Origin: Octopus bimaculoides
Lineage: Eukaryota
Length of the DNA stretch: 43,476 nt
Direction: 5' to 3'
Assembly: GCF_001194135.2 (NCBI RefSeq)
Contig: NC_068991.1
Location: 20,917,073-20,960,548, forward strand
Position 1 is the first letter of the stretch; every line of letters starts with the position of its first letter. Shown piece by piece: positions 36,519 through 43,476 of the stretch. The notes beneath the pieces are model-generated. The model saw only the letters and a list, made by a program, of their open reading frames with translations, did no database searches and was not told the DNA's origin. The position numbers were made by a program, and so were the translations under genes.

Positions 36519-36931
36519 GTATACTCTTACTCTTTACTCTTTTACTTATTTCAGTTATTTGACTGCGGCCATGGTGGAGCACCGCCTTTAGTCGAGAAAA
36601 TAGACCCCAGGACTTATTCTTTGCAAGCCTAGTACTTATTCTATCGGTCTTTTGCCGAACCTCAAAGTTACGGGGACGTAAATACACCAGTATCAGTTGT
36701 CAAGCGATGGTGGGGGGACAAACACAGACACACAAACACACATACATACATATATATAAACATATATACGACGGGCTTCTTTCCGTTTCTGTCTACCAAA
36801 TCCACTCACAAGGCTTTGGTCGGCCCGAGGCTATAGTAGAAGACACTTGCCCAAGGCGCCACGCAGTGGGACTGAACCCAGAACCATGTGGTTGGTAAGC
36901 AAGCTACTTACCACACAGCCACTCCTGCGCC
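36519..36931 (-). mobile_element. SINE family A, full length (intronic)
   Basis: Complete head to tail on the minus strand. Confidence 0.92.
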
Positions 36932-37429
36932 TAAAATCTTTTATAACCCTCCCACACACATACTCGAGCACACGCATGTATTTATGCATATGAATATAGG
37001 TATACGTGAACGTATGTAACTAAGAGAGGGTAACTCCATACAAATCCTGCATCCTGGTAACTTCTAGGCTCGTGGCAATCGTTGCACCAGACCAATAAAA
37101 GTTTGGAAAACGTGAGAATATGACTGGCTCTGTACAAACCATGCCCACTATGACAATAAAATTATGCTGCCTCGTAGGATCACTTACTGAACATTTAAAA
37201 ATGGCTTGGTGAGTAGATCCGTACAGAAAATCAGGAGGGAACGGTCGTAAGGTAGATATGTACGGTTATTCTTAGCCAGTAACTGGCATCCACTGTGGAT
37301 CCAAGGATGCTGTGGTCGTATTGACTTGTCTTCCCTTCATGGCGTATACGTGTGCGGAGAGCTGATAAGTATACTTTGGGGCTAGGCACTAGCTTCTAGA
37401 AACAACCCGTGCGCAGCAGTGATGGTTGA

Positions 37430-37905
37430 AATATTCTTTTCTACTCTAGGCACAAGGCCCGAAATTTTTGAGGAGGGGCCAGTCGATTATATCTACCCGA
37501 GAACGCAACTGGTACTTAATCTATCCACCCCGAAAGGATGAAAGGCAAAGTCGACCTCGGCGGCATTTGAACTCAGAACGTAAAGACTGATAAAATACCT
37601 ATTTCTTTACTGCCCACAAGGGGCTACACACAGAGGGGACAAAGACTGATAAAATACCGCTAAGTATTTCACCCGGCGTGCTAACGTTTCTTATTTCTTT
37701 ATTGCCCACCAGGGGCTAAACATAGAGGGAACAAACAAGGACAGACAAAGGAATTAATTCGATCACATCGACCCCAGTGCGTAACTGGTACTTAATTTAT
37801 CGAACCCGAAACGATGAAAGGTAAAGTCGACCTCGGCGGAATTTGAACTCAGAACGTAATACCGCTAAGCATTTCGCCCTGCGTGCTAACGTTTCTGCCA
37901 GCTTT
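37430..37905 (-). mobile_element. Nested/tandem SINE family C copies
   Basis: Two repeats of aaagtcgacctcggcgg(c/a)atttgaactcagaacgtaa, plus a twice-repeated internal segment atttcttta(c/t)tgcccac(a/c)aggggcta. Confidence 0.8.
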
Positions 37906-38125
37906 AGTGATGGTTAAGATATTGTCTTTGCAATGCCGTTGACCATGACGAAAACAGTCAACCATGTATGTATATATACATGGGGCTGTATGTGTGTGTG
38001 TATGTATGTACGTACATATGTATACGTGTATGCATGCATGTAAGTGTGTGTGTGTGTGTGTATGCATGTATGTAAGTATGTATGTATATAAGTATGTATG
38101 CATGCATGAGGTTGCATGTGCTGGT

Positions 38126-38158
<33 letters not shown>

Positions 38159-38172
38159 TATGTATGTATGTG

Positions 38173-38430
38173 TGAAGGCGTATGGCCTTGCGGTAAGGTG
38201 TTGCACTCACGATCGTGAGATCGTCCTTTCATTTCCTGGGCCGGATGGCACTTCATCTCACGTTACTCTGCGATCACTTCGACACCTGATGTGTGGTATA
38301 CGGTGCACCAGTTCAGGTAACGTTGATTTTGATGGAAGGAGTGAACTAATGTACAGCATATACATTTGATCATTATAAACGAGCCATTTGTGCAGGTTTT
38401 TCAGCAAGAAATTGACGAACCGTTTTCTCG
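38173..38430 (+). mobile_element. Diverged tRNA-headed SINE-like sequence
   Basis: gaaggcgtatggccttgcggtaagg...gatcgtgagatcg... has a degenerate box A-like start. Confidence 0.35.
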
Positions 38431-38459
38431 AACTACGATACATTATCATCATGTATATA

Positions 38460-38508
<49 letters not shown>

Positions 38509-39916
38509 NNNNNNNNNNNNNNNNNNNNNNNNNNNNNNNNNNNNNNNNNNNNNNNNNNNNNNNNNNNNNNNNNNNNNNNNNNNNNNNNNNNNNNNNNNNN
38601 NNNNNNNNNNNNNNNNNNNNNNNNNNNNNNNNNNNNNNNNNNNNNNNNNNNNNNNNNNNNNNNNNNNNNNNNNNNNNNNNNNNNNNNNNNNNNNNNNNNN
38701 NNNNNNNNNNNNNNNNNNNNNNNNNNNNNNNNNNNNNNNNNNNNNNNNNNNNNNNNNNNNNNNNNNNNNNNNNNNNNNNNNNNNNNNNNNNNNNNNNNNN
38801 NNNNNNNNNNNNNNNNNNNNNNNNNNNNNNNNNNNNNNNNNNNNNNNNNNNNNNNNNNNNNNNNNNNNNNNNNNNNNNNNNNNNNNNNNNNNNNNNNNNN
38901 NNNNNNNNNNNNNNNNNNNNNNNNNNNNNNNNNNNNNNNNNNNNNNNNNNNNNNNNNNNNNNNNNNNNNNNNNNNNNNNNNNNNNNNNNNNNNNNNNNNN
39001 NNNNNNNNNNNNNNNNNNNNNNNNNNNNNNNNNNNNNNNNNNNNNNNNNNNNNNNNNNNNNNNNNNNNNNNNNNNNNNNNNNNNNNNNNNNNNNNNNNNN
39101 NNNNNNNNNNNNNNNNNNNNNNNNNNNNNNNNNNNNNNNNNNNNTATATATATATATATATGTATGTATGTATCATTGCACATGGACGCATGAATTTACA
39201 TTAAGAAGAGTTTTCTTTGCACAACGTAATATTGAAAACACGAGAAATTTTGCTTGAATTCCTGAGATGATGATTTACCATTATTGTAAACTTGCATTAC
39301 AATGATATGCTGGCTGAATCGCCAGAACAGTGGAAAAAATGTTTTTTGGTATTTCTTCCGGCAATTTTCACTTTGTGTTCAAATCCCATCTTGGTTAATT
39401 TGCCTTTCGCCATTCGGGAGCGATAAAATACGGTACCACTCTAAGTTTTGAGTGTGATAGTATCGACTACCACCTCTCTTAACGTATTTTGCCTAAATCA
39501 AAAAGGATTATTCAATATTGATAAATTCAGAAAAGTGTCCTAATCTTCTTTGTTACATTACAGTCACAAACATTTCGGGCATTGCACTCTTCTACCTTTT
39601 TCCGTTTCTCGTCATATTCGGTAACGTCCTCGGAGTTTCAGATCGAAGCCGTTACTAAATCAATGAGACTAGATTGTTCTCATTTGTTTGTCCATGTCAG
39701 GAATATTTTCATTATTAATCTACTTGGGAAATCACTTAATTTTTACTACTTCCAGAATATGCATAGTCTGACGGACAGTTGAACATACGCCCACTAGCGA
39801 AACTATTATATTTTACATTTAATCAACAAGATTCTATGAGATAGTAAATGTAAGCTTTGATTGCTAAATGAGCTTTGTGAGTGGATTTGGAAGACTGAAA
39901 CTGAATGAAGTCCATC

Positions 39917-39975
<59 letters not shown>

Positions 39976-40341
39976 GAGAGAGATAGATAGATAAATATAG
40001 ATATATAGATGTATATATATATATAGTTAATTCGAGGAAGTCATATTCTCATTAGGGATTATAAAATAGAAGGTATTCCACTGGTTTAGTCCGTGTCATA
40101 ATGCGAAAGTCATTGGTATATGTCCAGGATTATTGAAATTATAGATTTTGAGGGAAAATAATAATAAGATAATAAAGAATGTAATTACTATCTTTATCTG
40201 TATGTTACAAAAAGATGACATTTAAAAATCAGTACAAATAAATTATTTGGAAGTTGAAAACTCAAAGGAAAATAAATTAAAAAAGAACCTACATATATGT
40301 TCCAGTCCTATCATCTAGTTGATGGGGAATTTCCAAGCATT

Positions 40342-41418
40342 TTGCTTAATGCCAAGAAAGTTGCCACATTCTAACTATATTGTAGTAGGACCTCGTCAGA
40401 GTTCATATGAGGCTCAGACAACTTACGTAATCATTTCATCTTCTGGGGGAAGAATAGAGTATTAGTGAGTTAAAAGTTAAAAGCTATGTATTGAAATTTT
40501 ATTTGATAGGTAGGGTTTTAATATTTGTGAATATACTATATATTATATATTATAATTAGGAAAGAGATAAATAAATAAAAATATAATAAAGTATGGAAAA
40601 AATTTAAACCAAGATTGTTGTTGTTGGCACTCCGTCGCTTACGACGTCGAGGGTTCCAGTTGATCCGATCAACGGAACAGCCTGCTCGTGAAATTAATGT
40701 GAAAGTGGCTGAGCACTCCACAGACACGTGTACCCTTAACGTAGTTCTCGGNNNNNNNNNNTGGCTGAGCACTCCACAGACACGTGTACCCTTAACGTAG
40801 TTCTCGGGGATATTCAGCGTGACACAGTGTGACAAGGCTGACCCTTTGAATTACAGGCACAACAGAAACAGGAAGTGAGAGTGAGAGAAAGTTGTGGTGA
40901 AAAAGTACAGCAGGGTTCGCTACCATTCCCTGCCGGAGCCTCGTGGAGCTTCAGGTGTTTTCGCCCAATAAACACTCACAACGCCCGGTCTGGGAATCGA
41001 AACCGCGATCCTATGACCGCGAGTCCGCTGCCCTAACCACTGGGCCATTGCGCCTCCACAAACCAAGCTAAAGATAACATAAAATAAAATATAAATGATA
41101 GTTAAAACATTAAAACATAAAATGAAAATAAAAAGTAATATAAAATAAAATGCAATAAATTAAATAAAATAAAGTAGGATAAAAATAAAATCTATGGATT
41201 ATTCTTACTGGTTTAGTGAGAGATACATATATGTTATGATCCTGATAGAGAGTGGATGGAAGTTTGAAATACATAGCTTTTAACTTTTTACTCACTAATA
41301 CTCTACACTTTCCTCAAAAGATAAAATGATTACCTAAGTTGCCTGAGCCCCATATGAACCCTGACAAAGTCCTACGGCAATATAGTTAGAATGTGACAAC
41401 TTTCTTGGCATTAAGCAA
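40342..41418. mobile_element. Element with 151-bp inverted arms (40342-40492 / 41268-41418) and an AT-rich core carrying a SINE B insertion
   Basis: ttgcttaatgccaagaaagttgccacattctaactatattg...aaagctatgtatt has a reverse-complement partner at roughly 85-90% identity, estimated by eye. Confidence 0.75.
40614..41059 (-). mobile_element. SINE family B with 8-bp TSD
   Basis: TSD aaaccaag at 40606-40613 and 41060-41067. A 10-N gap lies inside the element. Confidence 0.92.
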
Positions 41419-41802
41419 GGCGTTGCTCCAGCTTGGCTGCAGTCAAATGACTGAAACAAATAAAAGAAATAATAAAAGAATAGAATAGAGATAGATATAA
41501 ACTAATATTTTGTAATTAGTATATCAGAAAAGTGACTAAAACTAAGATATACTAATTCAGAAGTTTATTAAAAATGCACATACTCACATACACAAACTAT
41601 AAAGGTAAGTTGATAACAAAAAATATTAGACTTAGTTCTGTCATGAGCGCCAAGATTCAATAAGCCGGGACTTAAGAGACTGAGACTGCATCCTCCCCGT
41701 TGAGCAGGACACATGTTGCCGGACTTTAACAAAAAGTATTAAGACATCAAAGTTTTAGAATATGAGCAAACTGCTTTCAATAAATCAACTCTTGATTCAA
41801 GG

Positions 41803-41995
41803 TGGCGTGCTGGCAGAATTGCTAGTACGTCTAGCACAAAGCTTAGCGGTATTTCATCCGTCTTTACGCTCTGAGTTCAAATTCCGCCGAGGTCAACATT
41901 GCCTTTCATCCTCTTGGGGATAATAAAATAGTAAGAGTTGAGCATTGGGGGTCGGTTTAATCTACCTATCCCTCCCCCGAAATAACCGGCCTTCT
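41803..41995 (+). mobile_element. SINE family C
   Basis: ggcgtgctggcagaattgctagtacg...ctgagttcaaattccgccgaggtcaac. Confidence 0.8.
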
Positions 41996-42370
41996 TTTAA
42001 AACTTGAAGGCAATAAACTAATTCTTGACGCAATATAATTATCTTTTACGTTTTAAATGCTAGCTGGCACTTGTTTGCGATCATCATATTCTCCGTAATG
42101 AAAATCAATTACTTTCTGTTATATGAGTTATTCTCAACTTTATCTATCTTGCTAGAATTACACACAGCAAAGTCTCGAAACCCTCTCGTTTCCCGGAGTT
42201 AAAAAAACAATTATCTTTTGCTCGCATGGTATTTGAACAAAAATCGAAATAGATATTACGAACGAAACCAGAATAACAATCAAACTATCTAGTGATATTT
42301 AACCTGAATGGTGATGACGAATTGTGCTGGCGCCATATACATATACGTACATAAAATTGTGTGCGCGCGC

Positions 42371-42408
<38 letters not shown>

Positions 42409-42613
42409 NNNNNNNNNNNNNNNNNNNNNNNNNNNNNNNNNNNNNNNNNNNNNNNNNNNNNNNNNNNNNNNNNNNNNNNNNNNNNNNNNNNNNNNNNNNN
42501 NNNNNNNNNNNNNNNNNNNNNNNNNNNNNNNNNNNNNNNNNNNNNNNNNNNNNNNNNNNNNNNNNNNNNNNNNNNNNNNNNNNNNNNNNNNNNNNNNNNN
42601 NNNNNNNNNNNNN

Positions 42614-42885
42614 CCCTTAACGTAGTTCTCGGGGATATTCAGCGTGACACAATGTGACAAGACTGACCCTTTGAATTACAGGCACAACAGAAACAAGAAG
42701 TAAGAGTGAGAGAAAGTTGTGGTGGAAGAGTACAGCAGGGTTCACCACCATCCCCTGCCGGAGCCTCGTGGAGCTTTTGGGTGTTTTCGCTCAATAAACA
42801 CTCACAACGCCCGGTCTGGGAATGGAAACCGCGATCCTATGACCGCGAGTCCACTGCCCTAACCACTGGGCCATTGCGCCTCCAC
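42614..42885 (-). mobile_element. SINE family B, tail in gap
   Basis: Near-identical to the other family B copies. Confidence 0.9.
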
Positions 42886-43067
42886 ACACACACACACACA
42901 CAGACACACACACACACATATATATATACATACATGCATACATAAATATGTGTGTGTGTGTATGCATGCATATACATGCACAAACACACACACATAAAGT
43001 AGTTTCCTTCCTCCTTACAAAGAAATTTCTATACAGTCCAAGAACATTTCCAATTATATATTTTCAG

Positions 43068-43276
43068 GCCTTTCTCCTGAATACAGATGTCAGAACTTGA
43101 CAGACATTCAACTTGATCAATACAATATATCGAGCAGTGAAGTTGATCTAATATACGATAAATGTTCCATTCAAGTCATAAATACCAATGGAATGTTTCC
43201 AGGCCAGAACCGAAGTCTACCCTGCCTAAATGGTTATCACTATTCAACACCTGTTCGACGATCAATCATTTCAGAG
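43068..43276 (+). CDS. SLC22-family coding exon 2 (large extracellular loop)
   Basis: Acceptor ttttcag at 43061-43067 is phase-1 compatible with exon 1. It encodes (S)LSPEYRCQNLTDIQLDQYNISSSEVDLIYDKCSIQVINTNGMFPGQNRSLPCLNGYHYSTPVRRSIISE: three Cys, C..GY.Y, and N-glycan sequons NLT/NIS/NRS. It ends at the SI(I/V)(S/T)E motif with a phase-0 donor GAG|GTTAAA. Confidence 0.9.
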
Positions 43277-43282
43277 GTTAAA

Positions 43283-43388
43283 TTATTATTATTATTATTT
43301 TTATTATTATTATTGTTGTTGTTGTTGTTGTTGTTGTTGTCGTCGTCGTTGTTATTATCATTATCATTATTTTCTTCTTCTTCTTCTT

Positions 43389-43476
<88 letters not shown>
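43283..43476. repeat. Compound (ATT)/(GTT)/(GTC)/(CTT)/(ATT)n microsatellite
   Basis: Direct reading of the sequence. Confidence 0.95.

Noticed and set aside
40706-40807. 46-bp tandem duplication inside SINE B
   Set aside because: Identical copies abut a 10-N gap, typical of unmerged overlapping contig ends.
15870-42885. tRNA genes at SINE heads
   Set aside because: Box A/B are present, but the heads are fused to SINE bodies with tails and TSDs, and I could not fold a full cloverleaf.
4664-43476. Dozens of ORF-track entries rich in V/T/H/Y/I/C/M or X
   Set aside because: They are translations of microsatellites or N-gaps, not proteins.

Overview
Eukaryotic, repeat-dominated, gap-rich draft genomic DNA with 13 N-gaps and abundant microsatellites. 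The repeat families and low GC resemble an octopus/cephalopod short-read assembly (inference). The only host gene I can support is the 5' end of an SLC22-type organic cation/anion transporter on the + strand. Exon 1 is 35253-35391 and exon 2 is 43068-43276; exon 2 is absent from the ORF track and splices in frame. The rest is mostly transposon-derived: mariner (DD34D) and Tc1 (DD34E) relics, an Academ-like transposase relic, a Ty3/gypsy relic with integrase upstream of RT (Gmr1-type order), an R4/Dong-like restriction-like endonuclease fragment, a SAP-domain ORF, and at least three tRNA-derived SINE families. Most notable observations: (i) a frameshift-free 438-codon PHD-finger/coiled-coil/RRM LINE-ORF1-like frame broken only by two TGA codons, with no ORF2 behind it; (ii) two unrelated fold-back elements with TTAGGG-like arrays at their centres; (iii) a recent, locally templated and partly inverted 172-bp insertion; (iv) a 516-bp SINE/microsatellite palindrome; (v) inverted repeat pairs in the SLC22 intron. 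All family assignments rest on motif recognition, not database searches.
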